From Candidatus Kerfeldbacteria bacterium (GTDB lineage: Bacteria > Patescibacteriota > Patescibacteriia > UBA9570 > XYC2-FULL-38-9), in the NCBI GenBank assembly GCA_016182555.1, contig JACPGJ010000002.1:48040-112039 (forward strand): DNA of 64,000 bases, in the 5' to 3' direction. Both the position numbers and the translations under genes were made by a program. Numbering within the stretch: position 1 is the first letter of the stretch; every line of letters begins with the position of its first letter. The notes below the pieces were generated by a model that did not search any database, was not told the DNA's origin, and saw nothing but the letters and a program-made list of their open reading frames with translations. Positions 16,339 to 27,059 of the stretch are shown here, one piece after another.

Positions 16339-18412
16339 GAATTCTCCGTTTGCGGCGTTGTTGTTTTTATCTTTGTGTATCTTCGCTGCCCCGCACCAAG
16401 CAGATGCGGCAAACAATAAACGGTTGATTGTGGGAAACATCAATGGAGATGGTACACCACTTATTGCTAATTGGAATTTTAAATGGAGTATTGATTCCGA
16501 TGAAGAGATGCAAGAATTGGCGCAATGGGATTTGATTATTGCCGATGTCGAGCAAGAAGCGTATTCGCGAGAGCGGTTGGAAAAGCTGAAAAAATTAAAC
16601 CCAGATATTATTTTGCTGGCCTATATTTCCATGACCGATATTCGGCCAGATGCTGCTACGCTGGATCAAGGAACCATGCGCCGGTATATTGGTGAATTGC
16701 TCGATGAACACCCGGAATGGATTTTGCGTGATCGTGCAGGAAAACCGGTGCACTGGTGGGAAGACTACTCTATTTTTAATATGAGCAATAGTGCGCCAGT
16801 GAGTGATACTGGTGAACGTTTCAATACCGTATTTCCCAAAATAATTCGCGATGCCATTATTAAAGATAATCTTTGGAATGGGGTTTTTTACGACAATCTG
16901 TGGGAAGATGTGTCTTTTGTGAATACCCATATTGATGAAAATATGGATGGCGTTGCTGAGAGCAAAAGTGATATGGATACGTCTTGGTTTAAGGGAATGA
17001 AAAAAGTGCTCATCCAGACACGCAAATACGCAAAAAAATATAGAAAAAACAAATTTATTATTACCGGAAATGGTGGGATGGGATATTATAAAGATGTGAA
17101 TGGCGTCGGGTTTGAACATTTTCCGAATACGAAATATGGGCAGTGGGTCGATTCAATGCAAGATTATAATTTCATTTTACAACATGCATTGCCACGCCAG
17201 TATGCAGTGATTAACACGAATACCGCCAACTCTGGTAACCGTACAGATTATAAGAAATTTCGTTTTGGTTTAACCTCGACTCTTCTGAATGATGGCTATT
17301 ACAGTTTTGATAATGGCGACCAAAGCCATGCTGAACGTTGGTTTTATGATGAATATAAAACGTGGCTGGGGACGCCGGTGAGCGGTGCCTATAACGTGCT
17401 GGATAAAAATGAACCACGCAAAATTCAACCAGGGCTCTGGCGACGTGATTATGAACAGGCCATTGTATTAGTGAATTCGATGAGCAGCGCACAGACCATT
17501 CGTTTAGAATCTGGGTTTGAAAAAATTCAAGGCGAACAAGACCCGGTAACGAATTCTGGTGATGTGATTGGTCAAATTACTATTCCCGCTGAAGATGGTA
17601 TTATTTTATTGAAGCGTCTCAGCACCGTGCGTGACACGAATTTTTTGAATGGGGGATATGCGAAAGTGTTTAACGCCCGTGGTAAACAGGTGCGTAAAAG
17701 TTTCTTTGCCTACGACGGCAGTTTTACGGGTGGTGCAGAGATTCATAAAATTTCGAAGAAAAATTATACTGTGGTTGCGGATGATACCAGTGTGCGAGTG
17801 TATAATAACCGCAATGATGAAATTGCTGCGTTTGCGCCCTATGGCACCGGGTATGCGTCTGGTGTAAATGTGGCCGTGGGAAATTTATATGGTAAGAAAA
17901 AACAATATATTGTTACTGGTAGTGCAAAAAAAAGTGGACATGTGCGTATATATACGTTGAAAGGTCGGCTGGTGAACTCTGGGTGTTTTCCGTATGGTAA
18001 TAGTTATAACTCTGGTGTGAGCGTGGCCATGGGAGATTTGAATGGCGATGGCAAAATGGAAATTGTTACCGGAACGGGGCCTGGTGGTGGCCCGCAAGTG
18101 CGGGTGCTCAATCGCTATTGTGAAGTGATTAACCCTGGTTTTCTGGCTTTTTCTAAAGATTTGCGTAGTGGAATAAATATCGCCGTTGGTGATGTCGATG
18201 GAAATGGCAAAGACGAAATTATTGCAGCCCCTGGGGCCGGTGGTGGCCCACAGGTGAGAATTTTCCGAAAAAGCGGTAAACTAGTAGGTGGAGGTTTCTT
18301 TGCCTATAAAGAGTCAGACCATAGTGGGATTTATGTTTCCACTGCCGATGTGAATAATGATGGCATTGATGAGATTATGACGAGTACATTCTCGATATTT
18401 AATTTATTTTAA
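16310..18412 (+). CDS. Secreted protein: N-terminal glycoside-hydrolase-like TIM-barrel region plus C-terminal FG-GAP/VCBS repeats
   Basis: Signal peptide MKKLFAKK...AAPHQADA. GH114-like segment DLIIADVEQ...ILLAYISMTD. At least 4 repeats of GDxNGDGKxEIvtGtGPGGGPQVRv. Confidence 0.5.
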   Translation: MKKLFAKKNRNSPFAALLFLSLCIFAAPHQADAANNKRLIVGNINGDGTPLIANWNFKWSIDSDEEMQELAQWDLIIADVEQEAYSRERLEKLKKLNPDIILLAYISMTDIRPDAATLDQGTMRRYIGELLDEHPEWILRDRAGKPVHWWEDYSIFNMSNSAPVSDTGERFNTVFPKIIRDAIIKDNLWNGVFYDNLWEDVSFVNTHIDENMDGVAESKSDMDTSWFKGMKKVLIQTRKYAKKYRKNKFIITGNGGMGYYKDVNGVGFEHFPNTKYGQWVDSMQDYNFILQHALPRQYAVINTNTANSGNRTDYKKFRFGLTSTLLNDGYYSFDNGDQSHAERWFYDEYKTWLGTPVSGAYNVLDKNEPRKIQPGLWRRDYEQAIVLVNSMSSAQTIRLESGFEKIQGEQDPVTNSGDVIGQITIPAEDGIILLKRLSTVRDTNFLNGGYAKVFNARGKQVRKSFFAYDGSFTGGAEIHKISKKNYTVVADDTSVRVYNNRNDEIAAFAPYGTGYASGVNVAVGNLYGKKKQYIVTGSAKKSGHVRIYTLKGRLVNSGCFPYGNSYNSGVSVAMGDLNGDGKMEIVTGTGPGGGPQVRVLNRYCEVINPGFLAFSKDLRSGINIAVGDVDGNGKDEIIAAPGAGGGPQVRIFRKSGKLVGGGFFAYKESDHSGIYVSTADVNNDGIDEIMTSTFSIFNLF

Positions 18413-18418
18413 AATTGC

Positions 18419-20275
18419 ATGCCTGAAGAACGCATTCCATTTCATCATAAGCATCTGCCTAGTCTGACTAAATGGACGCGTGCAGCATGTTGGAAATTGA
18501 GTCATTTGTATTTCCCGATTGTTATTCACTACATGACAGATAAATATACAGGTCGTTTGCACCATTTTGTGGTGGATATGATTTATGTGGTATTTACGGT
18601 TATTTTTGCGGCAGCAAATATTGGCCTAGCGATGTGGTTTTATTTGTATTTTACTCCAGCGGATATTGATGTGCATGCTGTTACCACAGCACATATTGTT
18701 AGTGGGAACGACACGGTCGTTTCCGTCGTGTATAAAAATGATAGCCGCGCTATTGATGATGTCGCGATTGAAGTATTTTTACCAGATGGGTTTATTCCGG
18801 CTGCGAGCACGAATGGCAACAATACCGGACAGCCGACCTATGTGAGCCTGGGGCATCTAGAACCATACGCGCAAGGATTGATTGAAATTCCAGGAGCGAT
18901 GTTTGGAGATGTTGATCATACCTATGCTGTTCGTGCGATGACGTCTTATACCTCCTTCAAACAACGCCATGAACAATTTACTACCCAACATTTTACTGTT
19001 GAAGGTACGTCGTTTGATGTGCGTGTGCAATTTCCTGATACCGTAACGTACGATACCGCTATTGAAGGCACCGTGCACTATACCAATAATAGTCATTATG
19101 ATTTAGATACGGCTACATTTACTTTGAATTTTCCAACCAATTTTGCGATAGATTCTATTGACTATAATACGACGAATGGAGCATTTGATGCAGCGCATCC
19201 GGAATTGACTATTACTGGTATTGCCGCGAATGAAGAAGGAGATTTGGTTGTGCATGGGCGGTTTATCAGAACCGATATTGCCCTAAGCGGAGACCAACAA
19301 AGTGAATTTTTGGTCAGCGTGCGTATCACTGTTGGTGGTGAAACGAGTGCTGTATCGAACCAAGTGGTGTTTGCCTCACCAGACGAACATACCGGTATTC
19401 GAGTAATCACCCCGCGATTAAGCGCTTCGATAACCGGAACGAGTATTGCCCGATTTGGGGATACAATTAGTGCGACAATCGTTGTAAATAATATTGGCGA
19501 TAGCCCCATTGAACAGATTGCTCTTTTTGGCGATATGCATGGGTCACCATTGCTTACCCATTCAGCAACCGTTCACTTAAACGATAATGGGGTGAATAGT
19601 CAGGTGACTGGCGCACAAACTGCTGGAGCAAACCGTATTCCGTTTCCAGTGCTTAGCCAATTGCCAGTGGGAGAAAGCCGAACCTTTACTATCAGTATTC
19701 CAACCAGTGCAGTAGATGCACAACAAGTCTCATCAAGTTTGTCCGTTTTTGGCAGCGGCTATTCACCCGAATTAGATGTGCAGATTGGTTTGCCGAGTAT
19801 GGCTATTGCGACCAAATATGATTCACAGGTCGACCTGTCATCTGCACTCTATTATTATGGGCCAAATGGGGAAGAGCTGGGATATGGCCCGTATCCACCA
19901 CAAGCTTGGCAGCCAACGGCGATGCGCGTCGTATTGAAAGTAGAAAATGTGAATAACCCATTGCGGAATGTGGTGATTCGAGCAACACTTCCTGGCCAAG
20001 TAGAATGGACAAATTTGTATAGCGTTACGGCTGGTTCAGAATTGCTTTGGAACTCCGCCACACGCACCATAGAATGGCATATTGATACCCTGGATCCACA
20101 AAGTAGCGGTTACGGCGCGCAATTTGAGGTCGTTCTTACGCCAAATCATTTGCAAATTGGGCTAACGCCTCACCTGGCTGACAATATACAACTCACGGCA
20201 ACGGACCAATATACTGGGCGTGTTATTAGTGCCCCGGGTGGTGCTGTGGTTTTGCCTGTGGCTGTTGTTCAATAA
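18419..20275 (+). CDS. Membrane-anchored repeat-domain surface protein (DUF11-like beta-sandwich repeats), hypothetical
   Basis: N-terminal TM helix (IYVVFTVIFAAANIGLAMWFYLYF), then Thr/Asn-rich repeated ~100-aa units. No catalytic motif. Confidence 0.4.
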   Translation: MPEERIPFHHKHLPSLTKWTRAACWKLSHLYFPIVIHYMTDKYTGRLHHFVVDMIYVVFTVIFAAANIGLAMWFYLYFTPADIDVHAVTTAHIVSGNDTVVSVVYKNDSRAIDDVAIEVFLPDGFIPAASTNGNNTGQPTYVSLGHLEPYAQGLIEIPGAMFGDVDHTYAVRAMTSYTSFKQRHEQFTTQHFTVEGTSFDVRVQFPDTVTYDTAIEGTVHYTNNSHYDLDTATFTLNFPTNFAIDSIDYNTTNGAFDAAHPELTITGIAANEEGDLVVHGRFIRTDIALSGDQQSEFLVSVRITVGGETSAVSNQVVFASPDEHTGIRVITPRLSASITGTSIARFGDTISATIVVNNIGDSPIEQIALFGDMHGSPLLTHSATVHLNDNGVNSQVTGAQTAGANRIPFPVLSQLPVGESRTFTISIPTSAVDAQQVSSSLSVFGSGYSPELDVQIGLPSMAIATKYDSQVDLSSALYYYGPNGEELGYGPYPPQAWQPTAMRVVLKVENVNNPLRNVVIRATLPGQVEWTNLYSVTAGSELLWNSATRTIEWHIDTLDPQSSGYGAQFEVVLTPNHLQIGLTPHLADNIQLTATDQYTGRVISAPGGAVVLPVAVVQ

Positions 20276-20350
20276 ATTTTCCTTACATTAGCAATTTTTT
20301 ATAGGACAAACTGGTCTTTTTTTTGTGGGTTCTTTGGCCCATTTTACCTA

Positions 20351-20379
20351 TTGACAAAAATCAAAAGTTGTGCTAAGTT
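20351..20379 (+). promoter_or_regulatory. Promoter TTGACA-N17-TAAGTT, a re-use of the 4365-4393 promoter block
   Basis: cctattgacaaaaatcaaaagttgtgctaagtt versus cctattgacaagaatcaaaaagcgtgctaatat at 4361-4393. Confidence 0.5.
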
Positions 20380-20405
20380 CTAGGGTCTTTTAAAACAGAC
20401 ACCCT

Positions 20406-23400
20406 ATGAAAATAGCTATGATTGGCCAAAAAGGAATACCCGCAACCTGGGGTGGCGTCGAACAACACGTCGACCATCTTAGCCAGGAATTGCGTGCGCT
20501 CGGGCACGAAATTTTTGTCTATTCTCGGGAGTATTATGTGAGTCCAAGCTTTGTTGCTGCCTATAATAAACAGCAGGCTGGTATTCAGGTGATCTCTTTA
20601 CCCACCATTCAATCCAAAAATATTGATACGATTGTCCATACGTTTCTAGCGACCATGCACGCCATTCTTTTTGTGAAGCCAGATATCTATCATTTCCATA
20701 GCGTTGGACCGTCGTTATTATCGTGGTTGCCTCGGGTGTTGCGCCCACGAGCGAAAGTGATTGTGACATTTCATTGCGAAGATCGATTGCACCAAAAATG
20801 GGGGCGTTTTGCGCGTTTTATGCTTACGCTTGGTGAATGGACGGCTACACACTTTCCACACCAAACGATTACCGTTTCCAAAACATTGACAGCCTATGCA
20901 TTGGAGAAATACGGGTGCACCGGAGTATATATCCCAAACGGCGTAGATATTGTGGCGCCATTGGCTCCGGCACAAATTACTGAACAGTGGGGTTTAACGC
21001 AAGGAAATTATATGTTGACCGTTGCGCGTTTAGTTCGCCATAAAGGAGTGCATCATTTAATTGAAGCGTTCAAGAAAACAACCACGGATAAAAAATTAGT
21101 GATCGTTGGTGGTTCAACGCATACAGATGAATACGTTCAATATTTGCACAAACTCGCTGGCGATGACCGTCGTATTATCTTCACTGGTTTTCAACGTGGC
21201 ACGGTATTAAATGAATTATTTGCAAATGCCTATCTGTATATACAGCCGTCTGAATCAGAAGGCTTGTCTGTAGCCGTATTGGAAGCTGCCAGTTTTGCTC
21301 GCCCGATTGTGGCTAGTGATATTCCAGCCAATGCAGAGATTGTCGCAGGTAACGGATTGCTCTTCCGTAACATGGATACGACAGATCTACAGAAGCAGCT
21401 CCTATTTGGCTTAGAACACACAGCGCAGATGAGAGAGGCTGGTAAGCAATTGCAGCGCCATATTCAGAAAGAGTATAATTGGCAGGCTATTGCGAAAGAG
21501 GTGAATACCGTATATAATCATTTATCTATAAATAAGCAAAAAATTATGTCGTATGCTATCCCAGTTCGTCATATGAAACGCATCATTCCATTTCTATTCT
21601 TCGCCGTGGTGAGTATTGGATTCTTTATGGTGTCTACACGTGCGGTTTCCGCCGCAACATTTACCGTGAATGGTACGGTAGATGATTATGATAATAGTCC
21701 TGCTGATGAAGAATGTATGGGGGAAAAAACCAACCTGTGTACATTGCGTGCGGCTATTATGGAAGCAAATGAACTTCCTGGAGAAGATACAGTATATCTT
21801 CCTGCTGGTACCTATCTGTTGGGTATTCCTGGTGCAGATGAAGACTCTGGATTTATGGGAGACTTGGATATAAAAGATGAGTTGGTGATTATCGGTGATG
21901 GTTCAGGAACAACCGTCATTCAACCACAAGAGATGTCCGGATTTGATGATCGTGTGTTTGACATATTAGAAACCGGTCAGTTGACCCTTCAGGGTATTAT
22001 GGTGACGGGTATGGCATATACGAATGATTATTGTAGTGGAATGATTATTCAGAATTATAGCGAGGCACCGTTAGTGATCGATGATGTGCGTGTGGAAAAT
22101 GTGACCTGTGAAGCACCAACGATATATGGTGGATTGATTGCCAGTTGGAGTGATGCCCAGATGACCATATCCAATAGCGTTTTTGATCAAGCGACGTTAA
22201 TTATTTCTGGTAATTATGCCGGAGTCATTGGTGGAGGAATATTGACGTATGGAAATGTACAATTGAATAATACGACCATTAGTAATATTTCCGTTCAAGG
22301 TTCCGGAACTCAGTTAACCTATGTGTATGGGCTTGGTGTGTATGCGAGTACCGTAGAGATGGATCATTCACGTATTGTCAATAACACGGCTTCTACGGAT
22401 GGATATGGAGAAATGCGTGGTGCTGGTATGATGACCTCTGTCGGAACTATTCAGCATAGTACCGTGAATGGTAATAGTTTTTCTGCCAATGAAGGATTGG
22501 TTGGTGGTGCTGGTATTCATGGTTATGAATTTACGCTTCTGAATAGTACGATCACTGATAATAGCGCTTTGGTAACGAATGGAGAAAGTTATGGTGCAGG
22601 TATCATGACTGAAGGCGGTGGTCGTGTAACGATTATGCATAGCACGATCAGTAATAATGTTTCTCATCAATCCGGTAGTCAAATTTATAATTTTTCTTCC
22701 ACTCCGATCATGATGAGCGGTTCTATTGTCAACAGCGAAGAATCGGTGGAGAATTGTGATATCTATGATTCCACGATATCCGTTACGGATTCTGGGGGGT
22801 ATAACATAGATAACGGAAATAGTTGCGGATTTTCTGAAAGCACTGACCAGGTGAATACCGACCCATTGCTGGATGAGAATGGTTTGGCAGATAACGGTGG
22901 TTCTACACTCACGATTGCATTGCAGGCTGCTTCTCCAGCAATCAATGTTGTTCCAGAAACGGCGTGTCTTAATTTGGTTGATCAACGTGACGTCGCGCGA
23001 GATTCACTCTGTGATGTTGGTGCATATGAATATGTGGATACGTCTGCTCCGGTGGTCACGGTGATTGGTTCGAATGCAATGGATATAGAGTGTCGAGTGA
23101 CATACACAGATTTAGGAGCGACAGCAACAGATGATGTTGATGGTGATTTGACGAACACGATTAGCACAACGAATCCTGTGGATGTGAATACCACTGGTGC
23201 ATATACAGTCAATTATGCTGTTGTAGATTTTGCGAATAATGCTCATTCCGCTACACGAACCGTGAACGTTCTTGATACCCTTGCTCCAAGCATGGTCATG
23301 AACGGCGCATCTTCTGTCGAAATTGCGCAAGGTGAAACGTATGTCGATAGTGGTGTAACAGCAACAGATGGTTGTGACAGTACGGTGGAGGTGACGACAA

Positions 23401-24116
23401 CGAATGCCGTGAATACGGCGGTGGCTGGTACGTACACCGTTACGTATACGGCGACGGATGATTCTGGCAATAGTAGTGATACACTGAATCGTACGGTGGT
23501 TGTGGTAGCGGCTGCTGTGACAGAAACTCCAGATAATAATGGAGAAGACAATGGAGGAGATGATGTTGAGGAGGTCGTGGATGAAACACCTGATGCAGAA
23601 GAAGAGGTGCGTTCGATCATTTCTGTTTCACCGACAGAGGATGGCACACTCGTGATTACTTATGAAGATGGAAGCAGTGCAGTTATTACGCCTTTTGATG
23701 GCAATGCGGATTTCCAGTATGTCATGAGCGGCGTTGCAGATCGTGTTATTGTCACGAATGGCAAGTTCGTGCGTTTATATGTGCATGGTGAACGTGTTGC
23801 GCAACAGCGTATCAATAAGAAAAAGCCAAAATTTGTGCAATTGACACTCGCACAGATGTTTGATGGTTATGAATCCATTGTCCTATTGACCAAGCGACAG
23901 GGAAAATTGAAGACCACGGCAGTACGCGTCACCAGTGATAATGATTTTACGAAACACAAACGTCGTGTACAGCAATTAACGGATGGACAATCTTCAAAAG
24001 AACTTGGGTTGACAGTGAAAGAAGATAAGCATCGCATTCTCGTGAGTATTGGTAAAAAAGAAATGATATACAAACTGACGAAAAAAGGAATATTGAAAGA
24101 GATTGTAAACGAATAA
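20406..24116 (+). CDS. 1236-codon ORF: GT4 glycosyltransferase (aa 1-~375) read through, without a stop, into a secreted CSLREA/parallel-beta-helix protein with DUF5011-type Ig-like domains (internal start ATG 21546)
   Basis: N-terminal GT4 motifs (...ESEGLSVAVLEAASFARPIVASD). At aa 381 a typical signal peptide MSYAIPVRHMKRIIPFLFFAVVSIGFFMVSTRAVSAA, then CTLRAAIMEAN (CSLREA-like), beta-helix repeats, ...DQRDVARDSLCDVGAYEY, and two P-x-I-x-L-x-G...Y-x-D-x-G-A-x-A-x-D Ig-like modules. Confidence 0.6.
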   Translation: MKIAMIGQKGIPATWGGVEQHVDHLSQELRALGHEIFVYSREYYVSPSFVAAYNKQQAGIQVISLPTIQSKNIDTIVHTFLATMHAILFVKPDIYHFHSVGPSLLSWLPRVLRPRAKVIVTFHCEDRLHQKWGRFARFMLTLGEWTATHFPHQTITVSKTLTAYALEKYGCTGVYIPNGVDIVAPLAPAQITEQWGLTQGNYMLTVARLVRHKGVHHLIEAFKKTTTDKKLVIVGGSTHTDEYVQYLHKLAGDDRRIIFTGFQRGTVLNELFANAYLYIQPSESEGLSVAVLEAASFARPIVASDIPANAEIVAGNGLLFRNMDTTDLQKQLLFGLEHTAQMREAGKQLQRHIQKEYNWQAIAKEVNTVYNHLSINKQKIMSYAIPVRHMKRIIPFLFFAVVSIGFFMVSTRAVSAATFTVNGTVDDYDNSPADEECMGEKTNLCTLRAAIMEANELPGEDTVYLPAGTYLLGIPGADEDSGFMGDLDIKDELVIIGDGSGTTVIQPQEMSGFDDRVFDILETGQLTLQGIMVTGMAYTNDYCSGMIIQNYSEAPLVIDDVRVENVTCEAPTIYGGLIASWSDAQMTISNSVFDQATLIISGNYAGVIGGGILTYGNVQLNNTTISNISVQGSGTQLTYVYGLGVYASTVEMDHSRIVNNTASTDGYGEMRGAGMMTSVGTIQHSTVNGNSFSANEGLVGGAGIHGYEFTLLNSTITDNSALVTNGESYGAGIMTEGGGRVTIMHSTISNNVSHQSGSQIYNFSSTPIMMSGSIVNSEESVENCDIYDSTISVTDSGGYNIDNGNSCGFSESTDQVNTDPLLDENGLADNGGSTLTIALQAASPAINVVPETACLNLVDQRDVARDSLCDVGAYEYVDTSAPVVTVIGSNAMDIECRVTYTDLGATATDDVDGDLTNTISTTNPVDVNTTGAYTVNYAVVDFANNAHSATRTVNVLDTLAPSMVMNGASSVEIAQGETYVDSGVTATDGCDSTVEVTTTNAVNTAVAGTYTVTYTATDDSGNSSDTLNRTVVVVAAAVTETPDNNGEDNGGDDVEEVVDETPDAEEEVRSIISVSPTEDGTLVITYEDGSSAVITPFDGNADFQYVMSGVADRVIVTNGKFVRLYVHGERVAQQRINKKKPKFVQLTLAQMFDGYESIVLLTKRQGKLKTTAVRVTSDNDFTKHKRRVQQLTDGQSSKELGLTVKEDKHRILVSIGKKEMIYKLTKKGILKEIVNE

Positions 24117-24127
24117 GAGATTCTTGA

Positions 24128-24161
24128 GACCGCCTCTTCACAGGGGCGGTCTTTTGTTTTT
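24128..24161 (+). terminator. Rho-independent terminator (GACCGCC-loop-GGCGGTC + T-run)
   Basis: gaccgcctcttcacaggggcggtcttttgttttt directly after the 24116 stop. Confidence 0.7.
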
Positions 24162-24193
24162 CATGATTTTTTGATAGAGTAGATGGTGTTGAT

Positions 24194-24643
24194 ATGAAAG
24201 TGACCGTTTTTCAATTTATGCGTTTTACCATCGTCGGTGCAACCAATACTGTTCTTGATGCGTTCATCTATATTGCATTGACGCGGAGTACAGATTTTTT
24301 TCACCGTTGGTACTTACTTGCGGCCGCAATCGCTTTTTTTCTTTCCAGCGCAAACAGTTTTTTTTGGAATAAGCATTGGACGTTTAAAGATGGTATACAC
24401 TATTCCCATGCTCAGCTGATGCGTTTTTTTATGGTGGCAGGCGTGGCATTTTTTCTTAATGAAATTTTACTGTGGTTGTGTGTAGAGTTTTTTCATGTAC
24501 ATGACATTGTTGCAAAATTACTCGCATCTATTGGCGCGGGTGGAATTAATTTTTTGATGCAGAAATTTTGGACATTTCCTATTGTTGATTATGAGGGTGG
24601 AGTTGGCGACGAGGAAAAAAGCGAGTATACTAGTCATATATGA
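24194..24643 (+). CDS. GtrA-like family membrane protein (polyprenyl-phosphate-sugar flippase-like)
   Basis: 149 aa with 4 TM helices. MRFTIVGATNTVLDAFIY and FFWNKHWTF match the GtrA family pattern. Confidence 0.65.
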   Translation: MKVTVFQFMRFTIVGATNTVLDAFIYIALTRSTDFFHRWYLLAAAIAFFLSSANSFFWNKHWTFKDGIHYSHAQLMRFFMVAGVAFFLNEILLWLCVEFFHVHDIVAKLLASIGAGGINFLMQKFWTFPIVDYEGGVGDEEKSEYTSHI

Positions 24644-25665
24644 ACGGCAAACAAACTATTTTTGATAAAAAAAATGTTTTAGTCATTGGTGGTGCAGGGT
24701 TTATTGGTTCGCATTTGTGTGACGCACTGGTGAAAACAGCAAAGGTTATTTGTATTGATAATTATGCTAGTGGCGGGGTAGAGAATATCTCTCATTTATT
24801 GCAGAATCCGAATTTCACGTTTATTCGTCATGATATGAGCGAACCGATTGATTTAGAATTGTTACCAGAGTCTGAATTATTCCAGGTCAAATTTCAAGGT
24901 ATTCAGGAAATATATTATTTAGCCTGCCCAACCATTCAACTGGGTTTTGAAGAGTATGCTGTGGCGACAGCGCGTGCCAATTCCCTCGGTGTCGTGAATG
25001 CTCTCGGTATTGCGAAACGGTATCATGCAAAATTTTTGTTTGGCTCCAGCCGTGCGGTGTACGGTGACCCATTACAAGGCCAAGAAAGTTTTTCTGAAGA
25101 TTATTGGGGCTTTGTTGATTTTTTGAACGAACGTGCCTGTTACAATTCTGGAAAGCGTTTTGCCGAAACACTCACCATGACCTATCATCGGTCATATAAA
25201 TTAGATACAAAAATTGCTCGCATTTTTAATATTTATGGTCCGCGCATGCGTTTGAATTCCGGCCGCATGATTCCTGATTTTGTTCGCGCAGCCATTGACC
25301 GGCAAGATTTGAAAATGTATGGCGATGGTTCATCGACGGAAAGTTTTTGTTATGTGGATGATTTGGTTCAAGGGTTGATGATTTTAATGCAATCGAACGT
25401 CAATGAGCCGGTGAATTTAGGGAGTGCGGAGACACACCAAATGATTGAAGTGGCCAAAATGATTATTGAATTGGTTGATTCCAAGTCGAACATTTTGTTT
25501 GAAGATGCGATTGCTGGTTTGGTAAAACCCGCATTGCCAGATATTAGCCGTGCAAAACATTTGCTGGGCTGGTTTCCCGTGACGGATATTCATACTGGCT
25601 TGCAGCGTACGGTTGAGAATATGCTTGGTTCTCGTGTGCTGACCTATACACCACCGACATCTTGA
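24640..25665 (+). CDS. NAD-dependent epimerase/dehydratase, UDP-glucuronate decarboxylase (UXS)-like
   Basis: VLVIGGAGFIGSHLCDAL Rossmann motif. ...AVYGDP...ERACYNSGKRFAE (YxxxK) closely parallels UXS/ArnA-type decarboxylases. Confidence 0.7.
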   Translation: MNGKQTIFDKKNVLVIGGAGFIGSHLCDALVKTAKVICIDNYASGGVENISHLLQNPNFTFIRHDMSEPIDLELLPESELFQVKFQGIQEIYYLACPTIQLGFEEYAVATARANSLGVVNALGIAKRYHAKFLFGSSRAVYGDPLQGQESFSEDYWGFVDFLNERACYNSGKRFAETLTMTYHRSYKLDTKIARIFNIYGPRMRLNSGRMIPDFVRAAIDRQDLKMYGDGSSTESFCYVDDLVQGLMILMQSNVNEPVNLGSAETHQMIEVAKMIIELVDSKSNILFEDAIAGLVKPALPDISRAKHLLGWFPVTDIHTGLQRTVENMLGSRVLTYTPPTS

Positions 25666-25738
25666 CTTGCGGCAGTATTTTTCCTATGATATTTGGGCGA
25701 AAGAGCTATTTTTTTATTATATAAATTTTGAGCATGTT

Positions 25739-27052
25739 ATGAATATTATTGTTGTTGGTACCGGGTATGTGGGGTTGGTGAGTGGTGCGTGTTTGGCAGA
25801 AATTGGACACACGGTAACTTGTGTTGATATTGACCAGAAAAAAATTGACGCACTCAAAAATGGAAAAATTCCCATTTTTGAACCCGGCCTCGAAACCATG
25901 GTAATGAACAATGTGCAATCTGGTCACCTGCGTTTTACTACAAAGTTAGCCGAGAATTTCGCTGATGCTGAAGTTGTGGTGATCGCGGTAGGAACGCCAT
26001 CGCGTCCAGATGGCCATGCCGATTTACAATATGTGTATGCCGTTGCCGAAGAAATTGGTGCGCAGATAACAGATTATACAGTTGTGGTGAATAAGAGCAC
26101 GGTGCCGGTGGGAACGGGTCGCGCTGTTGAAGATATTATTCGGAAAACCTATAGCGGTGAATTTGCAGTAGTGTCTTGCCCAGAGTTTTTACGTGAAGGT
26201 TCTGCGGTGGATGATTTTATGCACCCGGACCGTATTGTGATTGGTACACGCAATGACCGCGCCGCGAAAGTGATGCTGGATTTGTTTGCCAAAATTAAAG
26301 GAGAGAAGTTAGTGACGACTGTAGAAAGCGCCGAAATTATCAAATATGCTTCAAATGCCTTCCTTGCCACAAAGATTTCTTTCATCAATGAAATTGCCCA
26401 TTTGTGTGAACGTGCGGGTGGAGATATTGAAGAAGTGGCGTATGGTATTGGTTTAGACCAACGTATTGGGCCGAAATTTTTGAGTGCCGGTATTGGATGG
26501 GGTGGATCATGCTTTCCAAAAGATGTGCGTGCGTTGGAACAAATTGGTGGTTTGCACGGATATGATTTTCGTTTGTTGAAAGCGGTGATTGAAGTGAATA
26601 ATCATCAACGCATGCATTTTGTAGAAAAAATGAAAGAACATTTTGGTGGCAGTGTGAATGGTAAACGTATCGCCGTGCTTGGTTTGGCATTTAAAGGCAA
26701 CACCGATGATGTTCGTGAATCTGCCGCGATTGATATTATTTCTGCGCTCGTGAAAGAAGGTGCGACAGTGAGCGCGTTTGATTATGAAGCCGTCACAAAT
26801 ACAAAACAAGTATTAGCCGATGTGCCGGTGGACTATGCTGTTGACCCCTATGCCGCTGTTGCTGGTGCAGATGCGGTGGTCATTGCCACAGATTGGCCCC
26901 AATTTAAAGATTTGGATTGGAAGCGTATCAGTCAAACAGTGGGAACGCCGGTGGTGTTTGATGGTCGAAATATGTTTAATCCACAACGTATGCGCAGCGA
27001 ATATGGCTTTACTTATTATTCGATTGGACGGCCGAGCGCTACTGTAGCATAA
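25739..27052 (+). CDS. ugd: UDP-glucose 6-dehydrogenase
   Basis: MNIIVVGTGYVGLVSGACLAEIGH, GWGGSCFPKDV catalytic Cys motif, and a C-terminal UDP-binding domain. Confidence 0.85.
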   Translation: MNIIVVGTGYVGLVSGACLAEIGHTVTCVDIDQKKIDALKNGKIPIFEPGLETMVMNNVQSGHLRFTTKLAENFADAEVVVIAVGTPSRPDGHADLQYVYAVAEEIGAQITDYTVVVNKSTVPVGTGRAVEDIIRKTYSGEFAVVSCPEFLREGSAVDDFMHPDRIVIGTRNDRAAKVMLDLFAKIKGEKLVTTVESAEIIKYASNAFLATKISFINEIAHLCERAGGDIEEVAYGIGLDQRIGPKFLSAGIGWGGSCFPKDVRALEQIGGLHGYDFRLLKAVIEVNNHQRMHFVEKMKEHFGGSVNGKRIAVLGLAFKGNTDDVRESAAIDIISALVKEGATVSAFDYEAVTNTKQVLADVPVDYAVDPYAAVAGADAVVIATDWPQFKDLDWKRISQTVGTPVVFDGRNMFNPQRMRSEYGFTYYSIGRPSATVA

Positions 27053-27059
27053 TGAATGT

